A DNA stretch of 36,310 bases from assembly GCA_040770465.1 (NCBI GenBank), contig JAXGJB010000029.1, positions 1 through 36,310 of the forward strand, in the 5' to 3' direction. The DNA is from Methanothrix sp. Lineage in GTDB: Archaea > Halobacteriota > Methanosarcinia > Methanotrichales > Methanotrichaceae. The notes under the pieces were generated by a model that did no database searches, was not told the origin of the DNA, and worked only from the letters and a program-made list of their open reading frames with translations. This document shows positions 18,994 through 28,120 of this stretch, one piece after another (positions within the stretch are counted from its first letter, which is position 1; each line of letters begins with the position of its first letter). A program made the translations under genes and the position numbers.

Positions 18994-19530
18994 ATGGAAG
19001 AAGAAGAGGCAATCAAGAGGATAACGAGGCTCCTGGAGATGGGGGGGACGATGCTGGCCTCCCATCACGACTGCGGAGCTCCCCTATTCCGCTACAAAGG
19101 TGAGGTGGTATGCCCGGTCTGCTCATTTGAAGAGGCTGGCGCTCCGCAGGTTCCGCCTCAGGCGGAGAGGTCCGCGATTGAATCTGAGGAGAGACCTTCG
19201 AGTAGATCGGCTCTGACTTCGGAGACAGAGACAGAGACAGAGGATGATGGGGCCCGTGCGACCGATATCGAGGAAAAGAGAGGAATAGAGGACGTGCAGG
19301 CCCTTAAAACCAGGTCTGAGGGGAAAATTGCCCATCGCGAACCGGCATCCGGAAGAATTGGGCTGAAGGGCGATAGGGATGAAGTTTTGGAAGAGATGGA
19401 GGTGGCGATCCTCCAGAAGATGAGTGAGATCTCCGAGAAGATGCGAGATGAGACGGATCTGGGCAGGCTGAAGAGTCAGATTGAGTTTATCATGGAGGCT
19501 CTGGAAGTCCTGGAGGTGTTGAGGGTCTAG
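18994..19530 (+). CDS. UPF0148 / autoantigen-p27-like Zn-ribbon protein
   Basis: LLEMGGTMLASHHDCGAPLFRYKGEVVCPVC N-terminus; acidic linker; helical C-terminus. Confidence 0.85.
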   Translation: MEEEEAIKRITRLLEMGGTMLASHHDCGAPLFRYKGEVVCPVCSFEEAGAPQVPPQAERSAIESEERPSSRSALTSETETETEDDGARATDIEEKRGIEDVQALKTRSEGKIAHREPASGRIGLKGDRDEVLEEMEVAILQKMSEISEKMRDETDLGRLKSQIEFIMEALEVLEVLRV

Positions 19531-19629
19531 GGTTGTGGTGGGGTTTCTATCGATCGCCGTTCTCGATCTCGATTTCGTTCTTGATCTCGCTCTCGCTCTC
19601 CATCTCTGCCGAAGTCTCAAGATATCGAT

Positions 19630-19649
19630 CTCCAGTGGAAATAAAGGGG
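19630..19649 (+). promoter_or_regulatory. Distal ORB box
   Basis: CTCCAGTGGAAATAAAGGGG, one mismatch to the 18241 ORB. Confidence 0.8.
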
Positions 19650-19656
19650 TTTGCAT

Positions 19657-20562
19657 ATGTCGTTTAAGCTTCCATCGCTCAAAAGAGTGGTCATCTTCTC
19701 TCTCGTCTTTGTGGCCCTTCTCGGATCTTTGCTCTGGCTTCAGGCCGGAGAAGAGATGGAATCCTATCATCGGGTCGGAGATCTTTTTTCATCGGCCCTG
19801 GAGGATGGGGAATCTTGGGCCCAGCGGGTTCGCCTCCCCCCTTCCTGGAATGGCGAGCCGTCTTCTGGATACCATTTGCAGTCCCCATCTGAGACCAGCG
19901 CTCCGGCTAGGCTGAACAGTTCTGTCTCCGACACGGCACCTTCTTCTTCGACTCCGGTCATTAAAACCCTGGAGTTCAACTCCTCAGCGAACTCAACCCT
20001 CTTTCGGACCTGGGGTGTGCTGACCATCGAGGGCGGGTCAACCCTGCCATACCTAATTCTCAACGCCACCCTCCGGGCTGGGGACCGGCCTGTTGAGGGG
20101 GCCAGGTACATGATGATGGATCTGGAGCCGGGAAGCTGCCGCGAATTTGATATTCGGAAGGTCTGCCGCATCGCACCGAGAGCGAATTACTCCTGCCTTC
20201 TGGAAGTTGAGGGGTCGGACGGAATTTTTCTGCCTCAAGAGATAGATTGTCTAATTGCTGAAGGCGATCCGGAGTTCGCGATCTGGGATGGAAGAGAATT
20301 AAGCGAAGAGTTGAACGATACCTCCAACGGACTCGTATCGGATTTCGGATCCTCCCTCCAGGAGAAGCCAGAGAGGGAAGTAATGGCCAGTGATGAATAT
20401 GGATACAAATATGTCGGTAGCAAGACCTCGGACAAGTACCACTGGCCCGATTGCAGTTACGCCAAGAAGATCAAGCCAGAAAACAGGATCACCTTCTCCG
20501 ACGAAGAGGAGGCGCAAGAGGCGGGTTATTCCCCCTGTGGGGTCTGCAAGCCGCCTTATTAG
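19657..20562 (+). CDS. Membrane-anchored or secreted protein with a C-terminal Ada-type metal-binding domain
   Basis: N-terminal hydrophobic helix VVIFSLVFVALLGSLLWL; C-terminal YVGSKTSDKYHWPDC...EEAQEAGYSPCGVCKP. Confidence 0.8.
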   Translation: MSFKLPSLKRVVIFSLVFVALLGSLLWLQAGEEMESYHRVGDLFSSALEDGESWAQRVRLPPSWNGEPSSGYHLQSPSETSAPARLNSSVSDTAPSSSTPVIKTLEFNSSANSTLFRTWGVLTIEGGSTLPYLILNATLRAGDRPVEGARYMMMDLEPGSCREFDIRKVCRIAPRANYSCLLEVEGSDGIFLPQEIDCLIAEGDPEFAIWDGRELSEELNDTSNGLVSDFGSSLQEKPEREVMASDEYGYKYVGSKTSDKYHWPDCSYAKKIKPENRITFSDEEEAQEAGYSPCGVCKPPY

Positions 20563-20593
20563 CTCTCCTTTTTAAGCTCTCGATCTGCCGGAT

Positions 20594-20613
20594 CTCCAGT
20601 GGAAATGATGGGG
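20594..20613 (+). promoter_or_regulatory. Distal ORB box
   Basis: CTCCAGTGGAAATGATGGGG, nearly identical to the reverse complement of the 17735-17754 ORB. Confidence 0.78.
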
Positions 20614-20672
20614 TCATCCCGAAGCCGAGACCCCCCCAGCATCAGATCAACTGTCGATCCGGGATCTCATGA

Positions 20673-21257
20673 TCACAGCCTGGACCAGAGGTCCCCGATC
20701 ATCACCGAGGCGAGCCCCTTCGATGAAGGCGGGTCTGCTGTAGAACCCCTGCGGATCTCCTCCTCGGGGTAGCCGAGGTCGGTGAGGACGGCCACGTCCC
20801 TTGCTAGCCCCTTCTCCTCCAGAAGCCGGCAGAGCCCCGGAAGGTCTGTGGAGTCGTCGACGAGGAGGAAGACGCACCTTCCCCTCTCCACCTCGGCGAT
20901 GATCGGTTCTGTGTCCATCTTCCTTCCGTGGACGGTGATGGGGATCACCTTCAGCTGGCTGACCTTCAGCCTCGCGCAGGCGACCTGCATGCTGGATATC
21001 CCGGGGATCACATCCCCGTCCAGGTAGCCGAGGCCGCTGAGCATCGGGTCTCCTGTGGAGAGGACCACGGTCTCAGAAGGAAGCTCTCTGAGGGATCTGT
21101 AGTCCTCAATCACTCCGACATCACAGGAGGGGTCGATCTCCTCTCGGACGAGGTCGATGGCCCTCGCGGACCCGCGGATGATCCGGGCCACCCTTATGGC
21201 CCGCGCCGCCTCAAGGGTTAGCATACCGGGGCCTGCTCCAACTCCGACGATCTTCAT
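20673..21257 (-). CDS. cbiE: Cobalt-precorrin-7 C5-methyltransferase
   Basis: IVGVGAGPG, VLSTGDPMLSGLG, IPGISSMQVACARL, TVHGR, DLGYPEEEI; cbi operon context. Confidence 0.85.
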   Translation of the reverse strand: MKIVGVGAGPGMLTLEAARAIRVARIIRGSARAIDLVREEIDPSCDVGVIEDYRSLRELPSETVVLSTGDPMLSGLGYLDGDVIPGISSMQVACARLKVSQLKVIPITVHGRKMDTEPIIAEVERGRCVFLLVDDSTDLPGLCRLLEEKGLARDVAVLTDLGYPEEEIRRGSTADPPSSKGLASVMIGDLWSRL

Positions 21258-21413
21258 CCGCTTGCTCCAACACTTACGATCTTCATCCTACTGCCCACCT
21301 ACACCTCAATTATTCCGACAAGCGAGAATCTTCAGATAATCTTTGGGGAATCTTCAGAGGACCTTCGGGCGATCTTCAGATAAAATCTACCCTTCGATCC
21401 ACTCTTCGACCCT

Positions 21414-22517
21414 TCAAGGCCTCTCGTCTCTGAGGATGGACCCGTCGCGGTTGAGGAGGACGATCCTCGTCCCCGGCAGCTTCTCCTTTAAAAATCGGAT
21501 CGCCTCGTCGATCCGGGGGTGGTTGGGATCCCTCTCCACCATCTCGGCGACGGTCCCGTATCCCGTCCCCTCCAGGATCTTGGGCATCCCCCACTTCAGA
21601 ATCAGGGCCGGAAGGCCGCAGAGGATGCTGTCTTGCTCCTCTCTGAAGCGAAGCCGATCGAGCTTGTTTCCTAGGAGGACGACGGTGTGTTTTGGAAAGA
21701 GGAACCTGCTGTACTTGAGGCCGACTCTGCCGGTGGTGACCACCACCTTTTCCGCGTCCCGGATCTCAGCCTCCCGGCTTTCGCCGAGGTGCTCGTTCCA
21801 TGGCTCGACGAAGCCCGTAGATCCGAGGATCGATATCCCGCCGAGGACGCCAACCCTGGGGTTCATCGTCTCTTCGGCGATCTTCTCGCCGTTCCTCACG
21901 GCGAGCGTCACCCGGACCGCTTTCAGGCCCGCCTCCGCCATCCCCTCTTCGATGGCCTTCACGATCTCTTTTCTAGCCGAGGGGCTGATGGCGGCCTTTC
22001 CCGGAGGGGCGCAGAGTCCCCGAGAGCCGATCCTCCCGATCCCGGGCCCAGCGACGAGCTCGATCCTCCCTTCCGCCCCAATCCTTCCTTCCGGTGCAAT
22101 CCTCTCTTCCTTCTCCATGGTGCAGAGGGGCTCGGCCTTTGCCTCCAAGACCGCCCCGGCGGTGACGTCGGACTCGTGGTCGCCTCCGATCTTGGCGGCG
22201 GCACATGCCCCATCAACGCCCTCAACGGGGACGGTGACCCTGATCCCCACCGGGGTGAGGACGTCGACCTGGTGGACGGGCCCCTGGAGGACGGACCCCT
22301 TCAGAGAGACGACCGCACCCTTGGCGGCGGCGGCGGCTGTCGTGCCTGTTGTCAGCCCCCTTCTCAGGAGGGTCCCGTCGGATAGAAGCGCCCAGAGGCC
22401 GCTTTTTACCCTCTCAATGGCCTTGGGGTCGGACGACTTCTCGATCCAGCTGGCGGGGATGGCCAAGCCGGAGACGGGGTCAGTGACCCCTCCCATCTCA
22501 GAGCTCTTTATTTTCAT
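21414..22517 (-). CDS. cbiD: Cobalt-precorrin-5B C1-methyltransferase
   Basis: RRGLTTGTTAAAAAK, KIGGDHESDVT, TMNPRVGVLGGISILGSTGFVEP. Confidence 0.93.
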   Translation of the reverse strand: MKIKSSEMGGVTDPVSGLAIPASWIEKSSDPKAIERVKSGLWALLSDGTLLRRGLTTGTTAAAAAKGAVVSLKGSVLQGPVHQVDVLTPVGIRVTVPVEGVDGACAAAKIGGDHESDVTAGAVLEAKAEPLCTMEKEERIAPEGRIGAEGRIELVAGPGIGRIGSRGLCAPPGKAAISPSARKEIVKAIEEGMAEAGLKAVRVTLAVRNGEKIAEETMNPRVGVLGGISILGSTGFVEPWNEHLGESREAEIRDAEKVVVTTGRVGLKYSRFLFPKHTVVLLGNKLDRLRFREEQDSILCGLPALILKWGMPKILEGTGYGTVAEMVERDPNHPRIDEAIRFLKEKLPGTRIVLLNRDGSILRDERP

Positions 22518-23136
22518 GGCGCAAATTTATGATCTCGTTTATGGCGGCGACGGCGATGGGCGTTCCTCCCCGGGTCCCCTCCGTCGATATCGAGGGGACT
22601 GAGATCTCCCGGAGCCTCTCCTTGCTCTCGGCGGCGTTGACGAATCCGACGGGAACGCCGACGACCAGGGCCGGTTTCGCCTCGCCCTTCTCCATCATCT
22701 CGCAGACGGTCAGGAGGGCTGAGGGGGCGTTTCCTATGACGACGATGCTCCCGGAGAGATCCTCTTTCAGCTCGCGAAATCCCGCCGAGGTCCTGGTGAT
22801 CCCCTCCCTCTCTGCGAGATCGTCGCCTTTGCCGATGGCGGTGACGACGGGGCTCTCGTGCCCTTTCTTCACCACGCCGGCCTCCACCATTCTGATGTCG
22901 ACGTAGATCGCCGCCCCCTCCTCCAGGGCGCGGAGGCCCGCGGCGACGGGGTCGTTTCTGAACCTGAGGATCTCGGCGACGCCGAGGTCGCCGGTGGCGA
23001 TGACGCAGCGCTGTTTTATTCTATCCTCAGGGGTCTTCTCCCCCACGATCCCGGCGATGAAGCTTCTGCTCTTGTTGTAGATCTCCATCGCCTCGGGGGT
23101 CACCGCCCCCAGATCTGAGTATCTCTTACCAGTCAT
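22498..23136 (-). CDS. cbiC: Cobalt-precorrin-8 methylmutase
   Basis: IYNKS, ITRTSAG, VIGNAPSALL, GVPVGFVNAAESKE, RGGTPIAVAAIN. Start ATG 23136 (GTG 23148 possible). Confidence 0.92.
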   Translation of the reverse strand: MTGKRYSDLGAVTPEAMEIYNKSRSFIAGIVGEKTPEDRIKQRCVIATGDLGVAEILRFRNDPVAAGLRALEEGAAIYVDIRMVEAGVVKKGHESPVVTAIGKGDDLAEREGITRTSAGFRELKEDLSGSIVVIGNAPSALLTVCEMMEKGEAKPALVVGVPVGFVNAAESKERLREISVPSISTEGTRGGTPIAVAAINEIINLRHENKEL

Positions 23137-23196
23137 CTTCAACGCCACCGGTTTCAGTAATCGTATTTCGGTGATTGTATATTTCGCGCCCGAGAC

Positions 23197-24699
23197 TCAG
23201 TAATCGTATTTGGTCTGGTACCCTCTCCGGGTTATTATCCTGCCATCCGTTATCCGGGCCTTCGGCCCCGCCAGGATCAGGGTGCACCTGCGCCCCTCGA
23301 AATTAGGCCGGGCGAGATCTGCCGCCATTCCGACGGAGATCATCTCTTCGGGCCTCGTAGCGTCCTGGACGAGGGAGAAGGGCCTCTCCGGGTCGAGGGC
23401 GGAGGCGGCATCGGCGGTGGCCGCGAGCTTGCTTGCGTTCTGGTTGTAGACGACGACGGCAAAGCCCCCCTCTGCGAGCCTGGAGACCCGGTCGGGGGTG
23501 TCGTCATCCCTGCCCGAGAGGAGGGCGAAGTCGCCGACGAGGGGCGCTCCGACCCGAGATGCCGCCGCCGAGAAGGCCCCGACCCCTGGAGATACGTGAA
23601 CCTCTGTTTGTCCGAGCACCGACGGCTCGAGAGCACGCCAGGATGAGCTGAAGACGCTGGGGTCTCCCCCAAAGAGGATCGAGGCGGTTTCGCCCTTGCT
23701 TGCGGCCTCTCTCGCCGCACAAAGCCTCGCACGTATCCTCTCTTCAAAGCTTCCTTCGGCAGAGATCATCTCGCCTCCGGCGATCCCTCCGACGGCTTGA
23801 AGGTGCCTTTCGGGGCCGAGGATCAAATCCGATCTACCGATGATCTCCTCGGCCTCAAGGGTGAGGTGGGCGGGGTCCCCCGGACCCACCCCCACCAGGT
23901 TGATCCTCGACCCTGGGGAGGGCTCTGGGTCGGCTTTTGGGGCGGGTTCACCTTTGACCAAGCCATCTTCCCCGCTCCTCCTTCGTCCACCTTTCATCCC
24001 CTCGCCTCCGACGATCAGGAGGGTGAACATGTCCACCTTCTGGCGTTGCTCCTCCCTCTCCAGCATCTTCTCCACCGAAGTCCACCAGAGGGCCTCGCCA
24101 TGGCGGGAGACGCTCTTTGCCACCAGAAGGTCCTGATCGGCTCCGCCGCCTTCGGCGACGATATCGAGGATCCGGTCCAGCTGCCAGGTCCTCTTCTTGC
24201 TCCGAGGGTTGTAGATCGCCATCGGCATCTTCATCTCCGATGATATCTTTGCCCTCTTCTCTATCTCGGACCAGGGGGTGAGAAGGTCGCTGAGGCTGAT
24301 CACGGCGACGGATTCTCGGAAGGTGATCCCGGCTCGAGAGGCTGCAGCCGAGAAGGAGGTGATGCCGGGGACGACCTCGACCCGGTCGAGGTCCACCTTC
24401 CTCGAGGCGACCTCGAGGCCGAGCCCCGCCATCCCGTAGACGTTGGGGTCGCCGCTGCTGACGAGGGCCACCGACCCCTCGTCGAGGAGGTCGACGGCCT
24501 CCTTTGCCCTATCCACCTCCCGTCCCATCCCGGTGGAGCTGACGGCCTTTCCCTCCAAAAGGCCGGAGACGAGGTCGAGGTATGGGCCGTACCCGACGAC
24601 GAACTCGGACCCCTCTATCGCAGCTTTCGCCCTCCTCGTCAGAAGCCCTCCGCTTCCGGGCCCGATGCCGACGATGAAGAGCTTACTCTCCGAGGGCAA
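23197..24699 (-). CDS. cbiH: Precorrin-3B/cobalt-factor III C17-methyltransferase with two tandem tetrapyrrole-methylase domains
   Basis: Domain 1: IVGIGPG, VSSGDPNVYGMAG, ISLSDLLTPW, IYNPRSKKR. Domain 2: LVGVGPGDP, GGDPSVF, ITRRGY. Confidence 0.88.
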   Translation of the reverse strand: MPSESKLFIVGIGPGSGGLLTRRAKAAIEGSEFVVGYGPYLDLVSGLLEGKAVSSTGMGREVDRAKEAVDLLDEGSVALVSSGDPNVYGMAGLGLEVASRKVDLDRVEVVPGITSFSAAASRAGITFRESVAVISLSDLLTPWSEIEKRAKISSEMKMPMAIYNPRSKKRTWQLDRILDIVAEGGGADQDLLVAKSVSRHGEALWWTSVEKMLEREEQRQKVDMFTLLIVGGEGMKGGRRRSGEDGLVKGEPAPKADPEPSPGSRINLVGVGPGDPAHLTLEAEEIIGRSDLILGPERHLQAVGGIAGGEMISAEGSFEERIRARLCAAREAASKGETASILFGGDPSVFSSSWRALEPSVLGQTEVHVSPGVGAFSAAASRVGAPLVGDFALLSGRDDDTPDRVSRLAEGGFAVVVYNQNASKLAATADAASALDPERPFSLVQDATRPEEMISVGMAADLARPNFEGRRCTLILAGPKARITDGRIITRRGYQTKYDY

Positions 24700-25630
24700 C
24701 GGTCACCCTCCCGTAGACCTTCTTGGGCATGATCAACCTCTCGGACAATGCGAGGACCGCGGGCTCCGCCACCCCAACGAGCCCGAGGTCCGAGGCCCTC
24801 GACTCCGTCGTCGGCGACTGGAGGTTGAGGACCTCCTCATCCAGGTAGACGACGGGGCAAGCCAGCTCCTCTGCCGCCTCGGCTATCCCGGCCTCGTCTT
24901 TTTTGATCCAGGCGGTGGCGATCAGCCTGATCTCCTCGACCTCTCTATCGACAGATCTCAGGGCACTGGCGACGGCTTCTCTCACCTCGGACGAGTCGAC
25001 GCCCCTTCTCGCTCCAAGGCCGACGACGACGCCCCCGCGGCTCTTCAAGACCGCCACATCCTCGTCCACCAGGACGACCTTGGGGCCGGCGAGCCTGACG
25101 ACGGGGACCTCCTCTCGGAGGAAGGCGAGGTTGACCACCTTCGACGAATCCCTGTTCACCACCCGGGCGCCGAGGATCTTTGCCGTCCCCTCGAGGGAGG
25201 GGCGGTCGGCGGCGTCGGTGGCGGTGGTGATGGCGGGATAGGTTCCCAGCCGTTCGTATAAATGAAAGGCGAGGTCGTTTGCGCCGTGGTGGCCCCCAAT
25301 GATGGGAACGGCGGAGCGCAACGAAGAGTCGACGGCCACCACCGGCCGATCGGTCCATTTGTCTTTGAGGGAAGGGCAGATCATCCTCACCACGATCCCC
25401 ACCGCCATCACCGCCACCACCAGGTCGAATTTCACAAGAGAACTGAGGATATCCCCGGAGCGAGCATCCCACCGAGTATCCCACCGGCGAGTCTCATCGG
25501 CAGTATCCTCGGAGCTTTCTCTTTTGTAGATCAAGACCCCGGGGTCGTACCGGTCCGAGAGGGCGGAGCATATCTTCTCGCCCTCGGCGAGGTTTCTCTC
25601 GAAGACCAGAACCGCTACCGACTTTGGTAT
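24683..25630 (-). CDS. cbiG: Cobalt-precorrin-5A hydrolase (probable ATA start at 25630; first canonical start is TTG 25534)
   Basis: MAVGIVVR, KDKWTDRPVV, GGHHGANDLA, ITTATD, GLGARRG, GVAEPA. Frame is open 32 codons upstream of 25534. Confidence 0.88.
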   Translation of the reverse strand: MPKSVAVLVFERNLAEGEKICSALSDRYDPGVLIYKRESSEDTADETRRWDTRWDARSGDILSSLVKFDLVVAVMAVGIVVRMICPSLKDKWTDRPVVAVDSSLRSAVPIIGGHHGANDLAFHLYERLGTYPAITTATDAADRPSLEGTAKILGARVVNRDSSKVVNLAFLREEVPVVRLAGPKVVLVDEDVAVLKSRGGVVVGLGARRGVDSSEVREAVASALRSVDREVEEIRLIATAWIKKDEAGIAEAAEELACPVVYLDEEVLNLQSPTTESRASDLGLVGVAEPAVLALSERLIMPKKVYGRVTVALGE

Positions 25631-26325
25631 AGGTGAGACCTCCCAAAGCCGCTCCTCGATATGACGTTCCCGACGAGGATCAGGGCGCTCTTGGTGATCC
25701 CCGCCTCCTCCACCCTGTCGGCGATATCCGCGACGGTGCCGACGATCACCCGCTCGTCGGGCCAGGAAGCGTGGTAGACGACGGCCGCCGGCGTATCCTT
25801 CGGAACTTCAAGGGACCTCATCGTCTCCCTGATCCTGTCGGTCCCCAAAAATATGGCCATCGTCGATCCGAGCCTGGACATCTCCCGGATCTGATCCTCT
25901 TCAAGGGTGGTCCCGGCAGGCCTCGTCACGATGAGGGATTCGGAGACCCCCTTCAAAGTGAGCTGTGTTTTGATGGCGGCGGCCGACGCAAATAGGGAGG
26001 AGACCCCAGGCACCACCTCCACCTCAACCCCGGCCTCCTCCAGGGGCCTCATCTGCTCCAGGATCGCGCCGTAGATTGAGGGGTCGCCGCTGTGAAGCCT
26101 CACCACCTTCTCGCCCCTCTTTAGGGCAGCGAGCATGATCCCGTTGATCTCTTCGAGGTTGATCTTGTTGCTGTCGACGACCTTCGCCTTGAGGTTCCCG
26201 ATAAGGGCGGGGTTGACGAGAGAGCCGGCGTAGACGACGAGGTCCGCCTCGGCCAGGAGCCTCGCCCCCTTGACGGTGATGAGGTCGGGGTCGCCGGGGC
26301 CTGCGCCGACGAAGGTGATCTTCAT
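25615..26325 (-). CDS. cbiF: Cobalt-precorrin-4 C11-methyltransferase
   Basis: FVGAGPGDPDLITVKG, YAGSLVN, RLHSGDPSIYGAILEQ, ASWPDE, RSHLY. Confidence 0.93.
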   Translation of the reverse strand: MKITFVGAGPGDPDLITVKGARLLAEADLVVYAGSLVNPALIGNLKAKVVDSNKINLEEINGIMLAALKRGEKVVRLHSGDPSIYGAILEQMRPLEEAGVEVEVVPGVSSLFASAAAIKTQLTLKGVSESLIVTRPAGTTLEEDQIREMSRLGSTMAIFLGTDRIRETMRSLEVPKDTPAAVVYHASWPDERVIVGTVADIADRVEEAGITKSALILVGNVISRSGFGRSHLYQSR

Positions 26326-26936
26326 CTTCTCTTCCCCCTCCTGGCGCAGAGGACGCTGAAGTAGTCGCTTCTCTCGGGCATCTCATCTCGAACGATCAGC
26401 TCGTCGGGGGAGTAGAGCCGGACCCCCAGGATGAACTCGTCGAACCCATCCTTGGCGAGCTGTGCCGCCATCTCGGCGGGGCGGACAGCCTTCATCCTGA
26501 TCACCGTCTCCACAGGAGAGCCGTCGGAGACGAGGAAGGACTCCGAGAGGTCGACTCCGAGCCTCGCCGCCAGGGCGGGGACGGTCCCGACTCCGGGGAT
26601 CGTTTCGATCTCGACCTCGGGGTGGCGCTCTTTTACCACCCTTTTGAGGTGGGAGAAGGTGGAGAAGGTGTTGACGTCGCCGATGCAGGCGAAGGCCGCG
26701 TCCGTCCCGATCGCCCAGGAGGCGACGCGGTCGGCGTTCTTGGCCCAGATCTCCTGGAGCCTATTTTTGTCCGAGATCATGGGAAACTCCAGGATCTCGG
26801 GACTGGCGTAGGGCCGGACCAGATCCGCCGCCAGCTCGCCGGGGACGAAGACCCTTTCTACGGCCGCGAGGGCCTTCTCGGCCTTCCGGGTCAACAGCTC
26901 CGGATCTCCGGGGCCGAGGCTCACTCCTATCAGCAT
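26322..26936 (-). CDS. cbiL: Cobalt-factor II/precorrin-2 C20-methyltransferase
   Basis: [38 protein letters not shown]. Confidence 0.88.
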   Translation of the reverse strand: MLIGVSLGPGDPELLTRKAEKALAAVERVFVPGELAADLVRPYASPEILEFPMISDKNRLQEIWAKNADRVASWAIGTDAAFACIGDVNTFSTFSHLKRVVKERHPEVEIETIPGVGTVPALAARLGVDLSESFLVSDGSPVETVIRMKAVRPAEMAAQLAKDGFDEFILGVRLYSPDELIVRDEMPERSDYFSVLCARRGKRR

Positions 26937-27478
26937 CTCGTCATCTCCATCTGTTCAGACATTCCAGGGCGCCGGCCCACCACCATGAAGATGGGGTTTA
27001 TGGGCCGGAGGGCGATGTCGCCTGCCAGCTCGTACCCTCTTGATATCCCGATCTGAAGGAGCTCATTGAAGATCCCCTCCGCCTTCATCAGATTCGCGAC
27101 CTTCGAGGCGATCCCGATCCGGGCGAGGTCGGCGACGACGACCGATCCAGGGGAGAGCCTCTCCATCAGGAGGGGGAAGAAGGCGTCGATCCCCCGAGTC
27201 CCCCCGATGAAGCATCGGTCGACCTTCGGGAGCGTTGCCAGCAGATCTTCGGCCTCGCCGCAGAGGAAGGTTCCGGCGGGAACTTTCGCCCGCGAGATCT
27301 CGACCGCCTCGGGCCTCCGGTCGATCCCGTATATAATGTCTGTGAACCTGGAGGCTGCAAGGGAGAGGGCACCTGAGCCGCACCCGATATCAAGGAAGGT
27401 CATGCCAGCCCCTATCTCCAGCTTTCCCATGGCGATGGAGACGTTCTCCGGCTGGGTCTCGGTACCGGGAAGTTTCAT
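26930..27478 (-). CDS. cbiT: Cobalt-precorrin-6B C15-methyltransferase (decarboxylating)
   Basis: [24 protein letters not shown]. First gene of the operon, with TTATAT on the minus strand just upstream of ATG 27478. Confidence 0.85.
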   Translation of the reverse strand: MKLPGTETQPENVSIAMGKLEIGAGMTFLDIGCGSGALSLAASRFTDIIYGIDRRPEAVEISRAKVPAGTFLCGEAEDLLATLPKVDRCFIGGTRGIDAFFPLLMERLSPGSVVVADLARIGIASKVANLMKAEGIFNELLQIGISRGYELAGDIALRPINPIFMVVGRRPGMSEQMEMTRC

Positions 27479-27565
27479 GGCGTTTTGGAGCGGCGGAAGG
27501 GGATATAAGCTTAATCCAAATTCTCTTGTGCGAAGTAAAATCAATTGGCCCTAAATTTCTCCGGG

Positions 27566-28063
27566 CTACAGATCTTCAGATTCCTGATCTCCAAATTCCG
27601 GATCTATTATCTCTATCCGATAAGAGCCGTTCTTCCTTTCCAGGGCCGGCAGGGCCTCTATCTCCTCCACCGGAAGCCCCGGCCTCTCGGACCGGAAGCC
27701 CTCGATCACCGCTCCCCAGGGGACGAGGTGGGCGGTCTTGGCCTTGCCAGGGCCCCGGCGGAGCTCCACCGCCAGGACCCCGCGTCGGCCGGAGCTGTTG
27801 ATGAACTGATCGATCCTCTCGATCTGGTGGACGCCGCCGGCGGCGGAGAAGTGCTGGGTGAAGTAAAGGGTCTTCGCTTTTCGGGCGTCGATGCTCTTGC
27901 ACTCGATCGCCATGTAGTAGCGGGGGTGGGGCGAGTCGACGAGGAGGTCGACGACCTGGGGGGTGTACCTGCTCTGCTTCAGCCGATAGGCGATCCCCCT
28001 GATCCCCTCGGTCTCGAAGAACCGATTGATGGCCGCCACCAGCTCCCACTCGAAGTCGGGCAT
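27566..28063 (-). CDS. Hjc-like PD-(D/E)XK nuclease (putative Holliday junction resolvase)
   Basis: FEWEL...VDLLVD...AIECKS motif arrangement and HQIERI. Confidence 0.65.
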   Translation of the reverse strand: MPDFEWELVAAINRFFETEGIRGIAYRLKQSRYTPQVVDLLVDSPHPRYYMAIECKSIDARKAKTLYFTQHFSAAGGVHQIERIDQFINSSGRRGVLAVELRRGPGKAKTAHLVPWGAVIEGFRSERPGLPVEEIEALPALERKNGSYRIEIIDPEFGDQESEDL

Positions 28064-28120
28064 TTTGAAGGTCTCCAGAACTGCTCATCTTCGAGGTTTC
28101 TGAGCCAACCTATTTTAGCC

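Noticed and set aside
27479-27565. Cobalamin riboswitch upstream of the cbi operon
   Set aside because: The spacer is under 90 bp, a TATA-like box sits close to the start codon, and no B12-box motif is present.
27545-28120. N-terminal extension of the 445-aa thyA ORF (apparent fusion)
   Set aside because: It is the antisense shadow of the Hjc-like gene; ThyA similarity begins after 28121.
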